NCBI RefSeq assembly: GCF_009557235.1
Contig: NZ_CP045650.1
Location: forward strand, 930,001-962,000
Direction: 5' to 3'
From: Acinetobacter wanghuae
GTDB taxonomy: Bacteria; Pseudomonadota; Gammaproteobacteria; Pseudomonadales; Moraxellaceae
DNA length: 32,000 nucleotides
Position numbers and translations under genes: made by a program. Below, piece by piece: positions 8,305 through 16,716 of this stretch (positions are counted from its first letter, which is position 1; every line of letters starts with the position of its first letter). Below the pieces are notes generated by a model that saw nothing but the letters and a program-made list of their open reading frames with translations, had not been told where the DNA came from and did not search any database.

Positions 8305-9548
8305 CTGTGAGTCAAAACGAAATTCTCGATGTAGTCATTGTCGGTGGTGGACTCGTTGGTGGGTTAACTGCGCTTTTACTCGCACAAGGCGGTGTTCAGG
8401 TGACAGTCCTTGACGCTGCACCTATTTTAGATGCTGAAAAAACCTTAAATGCCGCAAACCCACGGGTTTTGGCTTTGAGTCAAGCGACCATTCACTTGCT
8501 TAAAACAGTCGGTGTTTGGGACAAACTCGCACGTCAACAGCCTTATACGGGCATGCAAGTTTGGAACAAAAATGGCTATGGCGAAATCAACTTTGGTGAA
8601 AGCACTGAAAAGACGCCAAATGTGGATCAGGCACTAGGTTCGATGGTGGAGCCGAGTATTCTAAATTTAGCCATTCAACAAAAAATGCTTGAACAGCTTT
8701 CTGACTACCGTACTGAAGTTCGTGTCAGTCGGATTGAACGCGGGGTTGGGGTATGGATGGTTCATTTAGCCGATGGCAGTCAATTACACACCAAATTAAT
8801 TATTGGTGCAGATGGTGCAAATTCCTTTGTTCGTGAACAAGCATTTATTGATATAGATATCTTGGATTATAAACAAGCAGGCATTAGTTGCGCGATTCAA
8901 ACAGCGCAGCCTAATTTGCATGTCGCGCGTCAAATTTTTCTAGAAACGGGTCCTTTGGCATTTTTACCGATGGCCAGTTTAAAGGCAGAAGAAGCAGGTT
9001 ATTGGCAATCGATCGTGTGGACATTACCGGATGATTATGCCGATGAATATGCCGCTTTATCCGATGCTGACTTTATCCAATTATTAACCCGTGAAAGTCA
9101 CCATATGTTAGGTGAAGTTTTAGCTGCTTCACCGCGTGCTAAATTCCCACTCAAAGCCCGTGCTGCACAGCAATATGTGCAAGAAGGCTTGGCATTAATT
9201 GGTGATGCGGCGCATGTGATTCATCCTTTGGCAGGGCAAGGGGTAAATATTGGCTGTTTAGATGCGGCAGTATTATGTGATGCCTTATTACATGATAAAG
9301 ACCGTGGGGTTTGGGCACATGCACAAACCTTGAAGCGTTATGAGCATTGTCGTAAAGGACAAAATGATGCCATGATGCATTCAATGTCAGCGATTGGCTG
9401 GCTTGAAACAACCGGTTTATTTCCTGTCGTTTGGGCAAGAAACTTCGCATTAAATTTAGTCGAAAATCAGCGTCTGCTCAAAGATGCCTTTATGGCACAA
9501 GCCAATGGTTTAAGTCAGTTAAAGCACACACGCTATGCGACTTTGTGA
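8301..9548 (+). CDS. ubiI: FAD-dependent ubiquinone hydroxylase paralogue (UbiI/VisC type)
   Basis: 415 aa with VVIVGGGLVGGLTA, GADGANSFVR and GDAAHVIHPLAGQGVNIG. Its start overlaps the ubiH stop in the motif ATGA. Which ubiquinone hydroxylation step it performs cannot be told from the sequence alone. Confidence 0.75.
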   Translation: MTVSQNEILDVVIVGGGLVGGLTALLLAQGGVQVTVLDAAPILDAEKTLNAANPRVLALSQATIHLLKTVGVWDKLARQQPYTGMQVWNKNGYGEINFGESTEKTPNVDQALGSMVEPSILNLAIQQKMLEQLSDYRTEVRVSRIERGVGVWMVHLADGSQLHTKLIIGADGANSFVREQAFIDIDILDYKQAGISCAIQTAQPNLHVARQIFLETGPLAFLPMASLKAEEAGYWQSIVWTLPDDYADEYAALSDADFIQLLTRESHHMLGEVLAASPRAKFPLKARAAQQYVQEGLALIGDAAHVIHPLAGQGVNIGCLDAAVLCDALLHDKDRGVWAHAQTLKRYEHCRKGQNDAMMHSMSAIGWLETTGLFPVVWARNFALNLVENQRLLKDAFMAQANGLSQLKHTRYATL

Positions 9549-9558
9549 GCAAATGTTA

Positions 9559-9604
9559 TTTTTTAAACAAACACGGTCAATTGGTAACGATTTTGTTTAA
9601 AAAA
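9559..9604 (+). terminator. A/T-only inverted repeat downstream of ubiI (possible terminator)
   Basis: 13-bp arms ttttttaaacaaa / tttgtttaaaaaa flank a 20-nt loop, with a further T7 run at 9611-9617. The stem is thermodynamically weak, so the function is uncertain. Confidence 0.3.
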
Positions 9605-9641
9605 GATACGTTTTTTTGATCATTACTACTAGGGCGTGTTC

Positions 9642-10393
9642 TCATTTGGCTTTACACCAAATAAATATACAGGCAAGTCGAAGCATGGCTTTGTAATTTC
9701 TCGCTAATTTATCAAATCGCGTTGCTATGCTACGAAAATGCTTTAAACGTGCGAAGGCATTTTCTACTAAATGACGTAGCTTATATAAATAAGCATCAAA
9801 TTCAGGATTACTTTTGGCGCTGTTGGATTTTCTCGGAATAACTGCAATCATGGCGTGATTTTTGGCATATTCTCTAATTTTTTCAGAGTCATAACCTTTA
9901 TCTGCCACCAAATATTCAGCAGCCCCAATCAAGTCAATTAACCGTGGTGCAACTTGACTGTCGTGGACTTCACCTCCAGTGATTTCAAAATCAAGCGGAT
10001 ATCCATTGGCATCGGTGGCCAAGTGTATTTTTGTAGTTGATCCGCCTCTTGAGATTCCAATTGCTCTATTTTCACCGTGCCTAGCTCCACTTGCATGCTG
10101 ATGAGCGCGGATGTAGCTTCCATCAATGAATACCCATTCTGTATCCAATGTGCCTCGTAAGCTAAAAAAAACTTATCCCACAAGCCCTTAATGGCCCAAC
10201 GATTAAATCGATTATAAGCAGTTTGCCAAGGACATAAGTCTTCAGGGATATCACGCCAAGTTGCACCAGTTCGCAGTTTCCAAAGTATAGCTTCCATGAT
10301 ATTTCTACTGTTTTTAGAGCGATAACACCCATAAAGCTGCATTGTGTTTTGCAATTGCAGCCATATATCATCAGTTAAAACTCGGCGTGTCAT
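9642..10393 (-). CDS. IS5-family DDE transposase, OrfA plus OrfB joined by a -1 frameshift
   Basis: OrfA (10393 downward) carries LWKLRTGATWRDIP...YNRFNRW. OrfB (from 10148 downward) carries FIDGSYIRAH, LATDANGYPL, LVADKGYDS and YKLRHLVENAFARLKHFRSIATRFDK. The OrfB frame is open upstream as far as the slippery site. Confidence 0.85.
10163..10171 (-). promoter_or_regulatory. Programmed -1 ribosomal frameshift site in the IS transposase
   Basis: The minus strand reads AAG TTT TTT TTA in the OrfA frame, which gives the heptamer U UUU UUA. After a -1 slip the reading continues AGC TTA CGA GGC ACA TTG GAT..., directly in the OrfB frame with no stop codon. Confidence 0.65.
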
Positions 10394-10573
10394 GTTAAAA
10401 ATGTCAATAAAATGAATAAGAAGCAGATTTTAAACGCATCCAATTATACTTACACCATTATTTTTTGAAATGAGAACACGCCCTAGTCGAAAACCAAAGA
10501 GATTGCTAAATTTCTCTTAAATCTAAACATAGCTTTAATGTAGTGAATAGCCGTCGTTGGTGGGGAGAAAAAA

Positions 10574-10822
10574 ATGACAGATATGAATGATTATGATGAT
10601 GCTGAAGATTCTGTAGTCGATGATGATGAAGCTCAAGCTGCGGAAAAAGGCGCCGCAGTCAGCGAAGATGCAAACAGTAATATTGATGTGTCAGAAGCTG
10701 AAACGTTAACCGTGACAGCGAAACTGAAAAAGCGTCAAGCACTTGAAGATGAACTAGCCGCATTCTTTGCGCGCGGTGGTAAAATCACTGAAGTCCCTGC
10801 AGACGAATCTGCGCGCGACTAA
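10574..10822 (+). CDS. Small, highly acidic protein, possibly a SutA-like RNA-polymerase-associated factor
   Basis: 82 aa. The RBS ggggag lies upstream. The N-terminal half is D/E-rich, followed by a central predicted helix and the C-terminal motif KRQALEDELAAFFARGGKITEVP. As I recall it, this resembles the conserved core of Pseudomonas SutA. Confidence 0.4.
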   Translation: MTDMNDYDDAEDSVVDDDEAQAAEKGAAVSEDANSNIDVSEAETLTVTAKLKKRQALEDELAAFFARGGKITEVPADESARD

Positions 10823-10834
10823 TGTTGTAGGCAT

Positions 10835-10864
10835 AAAAAAGCACCACATCTGTGGTGCTTTTTT
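10835..10864. terminator. Bidirectional intrinsic terminator between convergent genes
   Basis: The stem aaaaaagcaccaca / tgtggtgctttttt has an A-run on one side and a T-run on the other. It can therefore serve both the acidic-protein gene (+) and rsmI (-). Confidence 0.85.
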
Positions 10865-10872
10865 ATTAGAAT

Positions 10873-11715
10873 TTAATCGTTGGCTTGGGTCAGTTCAAGC
10901 GCACGTTGATAGGCAATTTTCTTTTTCATACCGGTCAAGTCTGCTGCCAATTGTGAAGCAGCTTTAACGGATAAATCTTGTAGTAAACGCAGCAATAATT
11001 TATCCAATTTTTCTTGTTCCAGATCCTTTTCTTCAGTCGCACCACCAATGACTAACACGATCTCGCCTTTTTGCTGATGGTGATCATTTTTGATAAATTC
11101 AACCAATTCACCCAAGGTCATTTTTTTGATGGTCTCAAACGTTTTAGTGATCTCACGGGCAAAACCGACCGCACGATCTGCACCAAAGACATTTGCCATA
11201 TCTTGAACAGAATCCAAAATACGATGCGGTGCTTCATAGAAAATTAAGGTTTGTGTTTCATCTTTGAGTTTTTCTAAGTTAAGCAAACGTTGGCTTTGTT
11301 TTGAAGGTAAAAAACCTTCGAAACTAAAACGGTCACTCGGTAAACCGACCGCACTTAATGCGGCAATCGCGGCACAAGCACCCGGCACAGGAATCACGCG
11401 AATATTGTGAGCTTGTGCGGCACGAACTAATTTAAAACCGGGGTCGCTAATCAGAGGCGTACCTGCATCACTAATAAGTGCCATATCTTCGCCATTCTGT
11501 AGGCGTTGAATCAGCTGATCAATTTTATTGCTTTCGTTATGATCGTGACAGGCTGTTAGCGGGGTAGTAATACCAAAGTGTTTTAACAGTTGTGACGAGG
11601 TACGGGTATCTTCCGCCGCAATAATACTCACTGATTTTAAAACCTGAATTGCACGATAGCTAATATCATCTAAGTGCCCGATTGGAGTCGCAACAACAAA
11701 TAACTGAGCACTCAT
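10873..11715 (-). CDS. rsmI: 16S rRNA (cytidine1402-2'-O)-methyltransferase
   Basis: I prefer the ATG at 11715, with GGAGAA 6 nt upstream, to the TTG at 11733. Tetrapyrrole-methylase-fold motifs are LFVVATPIGHLDDIS, IAAEDTR, LISDAGTPLISDPG and FYEAPHR. The gene diverges from yraN, as in E. coli. Confidence 0.9.
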   Translation of the reverse strand: MSAQLFVVATPIGHLDDISYRAIQVLKSVSIIAAEDTRTSSQLLKHFGITTPLTACHDHNESNKIDQLIQRLQNGEDMALISDAGTPLISDPGFKLVRAAQAHNIRVIPVPGACAAIAALSAVGLPSDRFSFEGFLPSKQSQRLLNLEKLKDETQTLIFYEAPHRILDSVQDMANVFGADRAVGFAREITKTFETIKKMTLGELVEFIKNDHHQQKGEIVLVIGGATEEKDLEQEKLDKLLLRLLQDLSVKAASQLAADLTGMKKKIAYQRALELTQAND

Positions 11716-12032
11716 GATTTTCTCCGTATGCAAAATTTGGGAAGATTAAAAATAAAAAAGAGATTGAGTCACGGCCAATGAGCCACTGAAACACAAAATC
11801 AGACATATTCTACCTGATTCAAGCCATGAGGCGTGAGTAAGATCATCAGCCGATCTTTAATTGACTGAATGTTGTCATCTTGAACTGCTTATTTTTTTAA
11901 TATAAGCGATGTCAGCACGCAAAATAATGGAATAAGCATAGGAAAAATATCATTTCTCCTGCATGGACTCAATTTTGCATAAAATAGCCGAGAAGATAAC
12001 GAAAATAATGTTCAATACAAGGTATATCAAGC

Positions 12033-12455
12033 ATGTCGGATAGGGCAGCAGCATTGGGGCGTTGGGCAGAGCAGGCTGCATTTGACTTGATGCAACAACA
12101 TGGCTTTCTGATGGTGGCAAAGAATTATCACAGTCGCTATGGTGAATTAGATTTGATTGTACAACGCGAGCAAGAACTGGTTTTTGTTGAAGTTAAAGCA
12201 CGAGCTCAGACACAATATGCGCATGCGATTGAATCTATTTCTTACACTAAACAAAAAAAGATGGTGCGCACGGCCTTTTGTTTTTTAGAACAGCATCCTG
12301 AATTTCAGGCATTTTATTATCGTTTTGACGTGATTTGTTTTGATTTTAATCAACAATTTTCAAAAAACATACAGCATGATTTCACCAAATACCCCTATGA
12401 TGTGCAATGGATTGAAAATGCTTTTACATTTGATCCAGAGTTGATTAATCTTTGA
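12033..12455 (+). CDS. yraN: YraN family (UPF0102) endonuclease-like protein
   Basis: 140 aa. G(R)WAEQAAFDLMQQHGF, GELDLIV and VFVEVKAR match the YraN/UPF0102 restriction-endonuclease-like core. Confidence 0.8.
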   Translation: MSDRAAALGRWAEQAAFDLMQQHGFLMVAKNYHSRYGELDLIVQREQELVFVEVKARAQTQYAHAIESISYTKQKKMVRTAFCFLEQHPEFQAFYYRFDVICFDFNQQFSKNIQHDFTKYPYDVQWIENAFTFDPELINL

Positions 12456-12576
12456 AGAAATCGCAACTTATTTATCTTTAGATCATGTCACTATTCAAGC
12501 ATGAATAAAGACATCGCCTTGGCAGTTTAGATTCAATAATATTAACAAGATTGGATAACATGAGGAGTTTTGCTGA

Positions 12577-13254
12577 GTGGTTAAGCGTATTGCAATAACA
12601 ATGCTGTGTGTCGCATCTCTATCGGGTTGTGCAAGCTTTATTTCGAATGGCACAGGACCAGCACCTGTAGGGACAGACTTGGGTGCACGTAGTTTAGGAC
12701 AAGTCTTTATTGATTCTTCTATTACCCGTACTGCAAAAATAAATTTATATAAACTCGATTCACGTTTTAAAGAATCACGTGTCAATATTGAAAGTTTTCA
12801 TGGCAATGTTCTACTTACTGGGCAAGTGCCTGATGCCCATTTGCGCCAATTGGCAGAAGACAATGTCAAAGCCATGACTGATGTTAAAACGGTACATAAC
12901 TACATTACCATTGGTAGCCAAATTGGCTATGGCACCATCATGCAAGACACTGCTGTCACTGCCAACACCCGCGGTTTAATTATGAAAGCCCCGATTGTGG
13001 CGGACAGTAAATTGAATGTGCATACTGAAGATGGTGTGCTGTATATCATGGGGCGTTTAAATAGTGCCGAAGAAAAAGATTTAGATGAAGTGCTGACTCA
13101 AGTCGGTAATGTCACTAAAATTGTGAAATTGGTCGATAATGTCGATCAAGCGTATGCAGGACAAGGCTATAGCAATAGCACGCCGCTCATGCCGCATGTA
13201 CAGACCCCAGTTGCCATTGATCCAAATAACGCAGAACCAACCGATGCTCAATAA
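12577..13254 (+). CDS. Dual BON-domain outer-membrane lipoprotein (DolP/YraP-like)
   Basis: GTG start 8 nt after gaggag. The lipobox is LSGC. There are two BON-like units (VNIESFHGNVLLTGQV... and LNVHTEDGVLYIMGRL...). The position downstream of yraN is conserved. Confidence 0.8.
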   Translation: MVKRIAITMLCVASLSGCASFISNGTGPAPVGTDLGARSLGQVFIDSSITRTAKINLYKLDSRFKESRVNIESFHGNVLLTGQVPDAHLRQLAEDNVKAMTDVKTVHNYITIGSQIGYGTIMQDTAVTANTRGLIMKAPIVADSKLNVHTEDGVLYIMGRLNSAEEKDLDEVLTQVGNVTKIVKLVDNVDQAYAGQGYSNSTPLMPHVQTPVAIDPNNAEPTDAQ

Positions 13255-14125
13255 GGTCAATGCGGTTAAAGCGAAGGTTGCAAACAATTTTGGTTTAGTA
13301 AAGAAGCGCTATCAAGATTTTAGGCTGTATGATTTTGCCAGTTACACGCTGAATCGGTTGACGCCTAAAAAAGGCTATACCGTTCAAACCCAATTGGCGT
13401 ATGGTCTGAAATCTCGTCAGCGCTTTGATTTGTTTAAAAGTGAGCAGCCACTTGCACATCGACCGTTAATTATTTTTGTGCATGGTGGCGCTTGGTTACA
13501 TGGGGATAAAAAGGATTACTTCTTTATTGGTGAGGCATTTGCCAACGAGGGCTACGATGTCATTGTGATGAACTATCACTTGGCACCTGAGCATATTTTC
13601 CCCGCTTATGTCGATGATTTGCATGTTTTGCTGAGCTATTTGCAGCAATCCGCAGCCAAGCATGAGATTTCGGCAGAAAATATTGTGCTGATGGGGCATT
13701 CCGCAGGTGCATTTAATGTGATGTCAGGCGTGCACTATCCTGCATCGAATACACTCAATCAGCCGTTGAGCGTGCGCGCGATTATTGGTTTGGCTGGTCC
13801 ATATCATTTTGATTATAAAGATGATCCATTATGCGCAGATGCGTTTGATCAAAGCGTGCCTTATCAACAGGTTATGCCGTACTATTTTGTGCAGAAAACC
13901 CCAACCAAGCATTATTTAATGATTGCGGAAAAAGACAAAATTGTTGGGCATTTTAATAGTCATGATTTGGATCGGGTATTAAAAGAACATGGCAATCATA
14001 GTGAAGTCGTAATGATTCCAAAATTAGGTCACATCACCATCGTTGGCTCATTATCGAGCTTGTTTAGTCGTTACTTTATGACGAAAGCAAAAGTGTTGTG
14101 GGCATTGGAAGATGCGTTTAAGTAA
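13244..14125 (+). CDS. Alpha/beta-hydrolase fold esterase (HGG / GxSxG type)
   Basis: The oxyanion-hole motif is FVHGGAWLHGD, the nucleophile elbow is GHSAGA, and a late KLGHI histidine is present. I prefer the ATG at 13244 (MLNKVNAV...), which overlaps the end of the BON gene by 11 nt. The track ORF starting at 13139 would lie inside the BON gene. Confidence 0.75.
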   Translation: MLNKVNAVKAKVANNFGLVKKRYQDFRLYDFASYTLNRLTPKKGYTVQTQLAYGLKSRQRFDLFKSEQPLAHRPLIIFVHGGAWLHGDKKDYFFIGEAFANEGYDVIVMNYHLAPEHIFPAYVDDLHVLLSYLQQSAAKHEISAENIVLMGHSAGAFNVMSGVHYPASNTLNQPLSVRAIIGLAGPYHFDYKDDPLCADAFDQSVPYQQVMPYYFVQKTPTKHYLMIAEKDKIVGHFNSHDLDRVLKEHGNHSEVVMIPKLGHITIVGSLSSLFSRYFMTKAKVLWALEDAFK

Positions 14126-14160
14126 ATATATTGAAAATCAATGTATTCAGAACTTGAGCC

Positions 14161-14185
14161 AAAGCGTGGCTTAAAGCCACGCTTT
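14161..14185. terminator. Bidirectional stem-loop between the hydrolase gene and nudC
   Basis: The stem is aaagcgtggct / agccacgcttt. The nudC stop codon sits in the loop. Confidence 0.6.
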
Positions 14186-14947
14186 CGTGTCATCTGCAAC
14201 TGCATCACCTTGGGTTACGTGCATGATCATGGCGTGCGCAATGCTGCCTTTAAATGGGATTTCTGGTAAATCATCAAATTTAAAGAATTGCGCATCGCTA
14301 ATTTCTTCTTCTTGCAGACGAATCTCACCAGAGGCATATTCGGCTTTAAATGCAATCATCAGATTACTCGGGAAAGGCCAAGGTTGACTGGCTAAATATT
14401 GAATATTTTTGAGCTTTAAACCGACTTCTTCTTCCGTTTCACGGCGCACTGCTTCTTCTAGTGTTTCGCCGACTTCGACAAAACCTGCAATTAAGCCATA
14501 CATTTGACTACTGGTATTACGGGCATTTTTTGCCAATAAAATCTCATGTTCCCCCCGAGTAATCACCGTAATAATACATGGCTGAACGCGTGGGTATTGG
14601 CGATACTGGCAAGCAGGGCAGACCATGGCATGTTCAGTGGGATGCGGCTCGGTGGCTGTACCACAGTGACTACAGAATTGGTGATTACGCTTCCATTCAA
14701 GCAATTGAATCGCGCGACTGGCTTGCTCAAATTGCTGCGTGGTCCAAAATTGTAATAATTGGCGGATGGGAACCAGTTGTAAGCCTTCAGGAATAGGCTC
14801 ATGAGCAAGGAGATCACGGGCAATCACTTGATCGCCCGGGTGAATCAGAATATCACTTGCAAGACTTTCAACTTTGGGCAGTTGATAATGTTGATCGACT
14901 AACAGTTTTTGTTGTTGAAAAATATATGCAAGCGAGAGTTTAGACAT
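14171..14947 (-). CDS. nudC: NAD+ diphosphatase / NADH pyrophosphatase (Nudix)
   Basis: The zinc ribbon is CSHCG...CPAC, the Nudix box is GFVEVGETLEEAVRRETEEEVGL, and the NudC signature SQPWPFPSNLM is present. Confidence 0.92.
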   Translation of the reverse strand: MSKLSLAYIFQQQKLLVDQHYQLPKVESLASDILIHPGDQVIARDLLAHEPIPEGLQLVPIRQLLQFWTTQQFEQASRAIQLLEWKRNHQFCSHCGTATEPHPTEHAMVCPACQYRQYPRVQPCIITVITRGEHEILLAKNARNTSSQMYGLIAGFVEVGETLEEAVRRETEEEVGLKLKNIQYLASQPWPFPSNLMIAFKAEYASGEIRLQEEEISDAQFFKFDDLPEIPFKGSIAHAMIMHVTQGDAVADDTKAWL

Positions 14948-16590
14948 TAGGCTACGATTTTCAGTTTTTCACTACTGTCTAATGCTACCTTAAACATCGA
15001 CTGTAATACAGGCTGTTTATTCTTTAAATTTTCAATCAACATGTCTGCACTTGCTAAAGCATCGAGCGCGTGATTGATGTCTTCGGCAGTCAACGCAATC
15101 GATGCTTCAATCCGATGTCTAATAAATTCAGCGGTTGCTCTTAATACTTGATGACCTTGATCAGCATTGAGGAATACCATCGCACCGGCAATTTCACAAC
15201 ATTGATTCGGCACATTGGCAAGTGCTTCAAGATTATGATCTTGCAAATAATTCAGTAATAATTCAGTGGTCAAATCAATGGAGCTTTTACTTTCATTTAA
15301 TAAGGCTTGATGCGCTTCATCTAAACGATCGAGTGAAATGTGCATGTTATTGACGCGAAGCTGCAAACGGCTTGAGGTATGATGACGCTCAAGCACACCA
15401 ATCGAGTTCATAGCAGATAAAATCACATTCATCAGCTGCTGAGCAAAGCTGGTATCTTTTAAAATGTCACTTTGGCTTAATGATGCAGCTTGACGGGTTA
15501 AATCGCTATAGGCTTCATTTAAGTTTAAGACTTTGAAGATATTGGCTAAATTGTTGAGCTGAGTTTGTAATTCTTGGGTCTTTTCAGCGGTCATATTTTG
15601 ATAGTTAAACTCGATATCATTGCGAATTTGTGCCATTTCGGTGGTCACTAACTCACTAATAGTATGCATGGTTTCAAAATCAGGACCATATAAATGACGG
15701 CTAAACACTTGTAGCTGCATATCGCTTAACGCATCTTCGCCTAAGTTCAATTGACTGCGAATATGCTGCGATGTTTCATCTTCTTGGCTAATACATAGAC
15801 TTAGGATGTTGGCTAAATCACTGAGGCTCGCTTTGAACTGTGTTGCATCGGCAAAATAGTGTGCCATATTGCGTTCAATGCTGACTAAAGTGCGTAAGCG
15901 CGGTTCATTAATCAGTAAATGATCGATATTGTTGAATGCGACATAGACCAAGTTCCAATATTGCTTGCTGTCATGTTGATCTGACATGCCTGCGATGTAA
16001 GCACCGACCACTTTAATCGCTTGAAGATCGAATTCAGTTTCTTCTTGTTGGATCAATTTATTTAAACACAGTTTATATAAACGATGCACATATTGAGATT
16101 TTTCAAGCGTAGGTGCTTGTGGTAATTGGAAGTTTGGACTGACGCAATCGAGGAGCGGTTCAATATGTTGACCTTCTGTGGTCAGTGGTTTGCCTAAAGC
16201 GAGCTCTAAACGATTTAACGTATCTAATAAGAATTGCGGAATTTTGACTTCGCGTAAGCAGATAAACTCGATATAGCGTTTCAGCATGGTCGTGCCTTCA
16301 CTTAAAGCAACGACTTCATTGGTATTGATTTGAGCAGGATTCGCCATGATTTTACGCATGAGTTCTGCGGCATATTCTGCGATTTTCGCTAAGCTCGCCA
16401 TATCAATGAGCGCGAGTACTTGTGCGCATTGTTCAAATTGAGTCAGGGCGTCATCAATACCAAATGGTAAGCTTTGATCTTCTACTAAGGTGCTGACTGC
16501 TGATTCAACTAATTTGATCGAATTATCAACCTCATTTTTTATTATCAGTAAAGCGGTCGGGTCAAAATGTATAGAGGTTTGGTAAGACAT
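14947..16590 (-). CDS. Large all-helical protein, FimL-like (ChpA N-terminus / Hpt-like repeats)
   Basis: I prefer the ATG at 16590, with aggaaagg upstream (547 aa). The N-terminus LLIIKNEVDNSIKLVESAV...ALTQFEQCAQVLALIDMASLAKIAEYAAEL has the helix pattern of Hpt-like domains in FimL/ChpA. The gene is adjacent to nudC, as I recall fimL being in P. aeruginosa. Its stop overlaps the nudC start in the motif TAATG. Confidence 0.45.
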   Translation of the reverse strand: MSYQTSIHFDPTALLIIKNEVDNSIKLVESAVSTLVEDQSLPFGIDDALTQFEQCAQVLALIDMASLAKIAEYAAELMRKIMANPAQINTNEVVALSEGTTMLKRYIEFICLREVKIPQFLLDTLNRLELALGKPLTTEGQHIEPLLDCVSPNFQLPQAPTLEKSQYVHRLYKLCLNKLIQQEETEFDLQAIKVVGAYIAGMSDQHDSKQYWNLVYVAFNNIDHLLINEPRLRTLVSIERNMAHYFADATQFKASLSDLANILSLCISQEDETSQHIRSQLNLGEDALSDMQLQVFSRHLYGPDFETMHTISELVTTEMAQIRNDIEFNYQNMTAEKTQELQTQLNNLANIFKVLNLNEAYSDLTRQAASLSQSDILKDTSFAQQLMNVILSAMNSIGVLERHHTSSRLQLRVNNMHISLDRLDEAHQALLNESKSSIDLTTELLLNYLQDHNLEALANVPNQCCEIAGAMVFLNADQGHQVLRATAEFIRHRIEASIALTAEDINHALDALASADMLIENLKNKQPVLQSMFKVALDSSEKLKIVA

Positions 16591-16716
16591 GATCTGCACC
16601 TTTCCTGAAGTATTATCAATATGTGAGCCCCGCATTTATTGCGGGACATCTTATGTATTTAACTATAACTGAAGTATTGATTTTTTATATATAAAATACA
16701 TCATGAAATGTAGATT

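Larger units (their letters stand above)
9629..10486 (-). mobile_element. IS5-family (IS427/ISL2-like group) insertion sequence, apparently intact
   Basis: Perfect terminal inverted repeats: ctagggcgtgttctcattt at 9629-9647 and aaatgagaacacgccctag at 10468-10486. Two overlapping transposase ORFs lie between them. If the true ends are GGGCG.../...CGCCC (9632-10483), the element is flanked by a TA duplication inside a CTAG-like target. Confidence 0.9.

Noticed and set aside
9431-9619. A 62-aa ORF spanning the end of ubiI and the downstream inverted repeat.
   Set aside because: It overlaps the well-supported ubiI frame and runs through the A/T palindrome. It has no RBS and no recognisable domain.
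11716-12032. The 317-bp rsmI-yraN intergenic region as a possible structured RNA, for example RNase P RNA, which lies near rsmI in some pseudomonads.
   Set aside because: The region is too short for RNase P RNA and lacks its conserved P4 and GNRA-rich core sequences. Only a weak 6-bp hairpin is visible. It most likely holds divergent promoters.
14187-14823. Several ORFs of 66-86 aa on both strands inside nudC. Similar antisense or alternate-frame ORFs occur inside other genes (for example 877-1071, 4052-4261, 13496-13699, 17239-17933, 18362-18652, 19421-19654, 22464-22706 and 29028-29222).
   Set aside because: They are fully embedded in genes that have strong motif support. They lack an RBS, and their composition is typical of off-frame translation.
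16627-16650. A small hairpin, cccgca-tttat-tgcggg, between the fimL-like gene and rnhA-dnaQ, considered as a terminator.
   Set aside because: The stem is only 6 bp and has no U-run on either strand. It is not strong enough to call.
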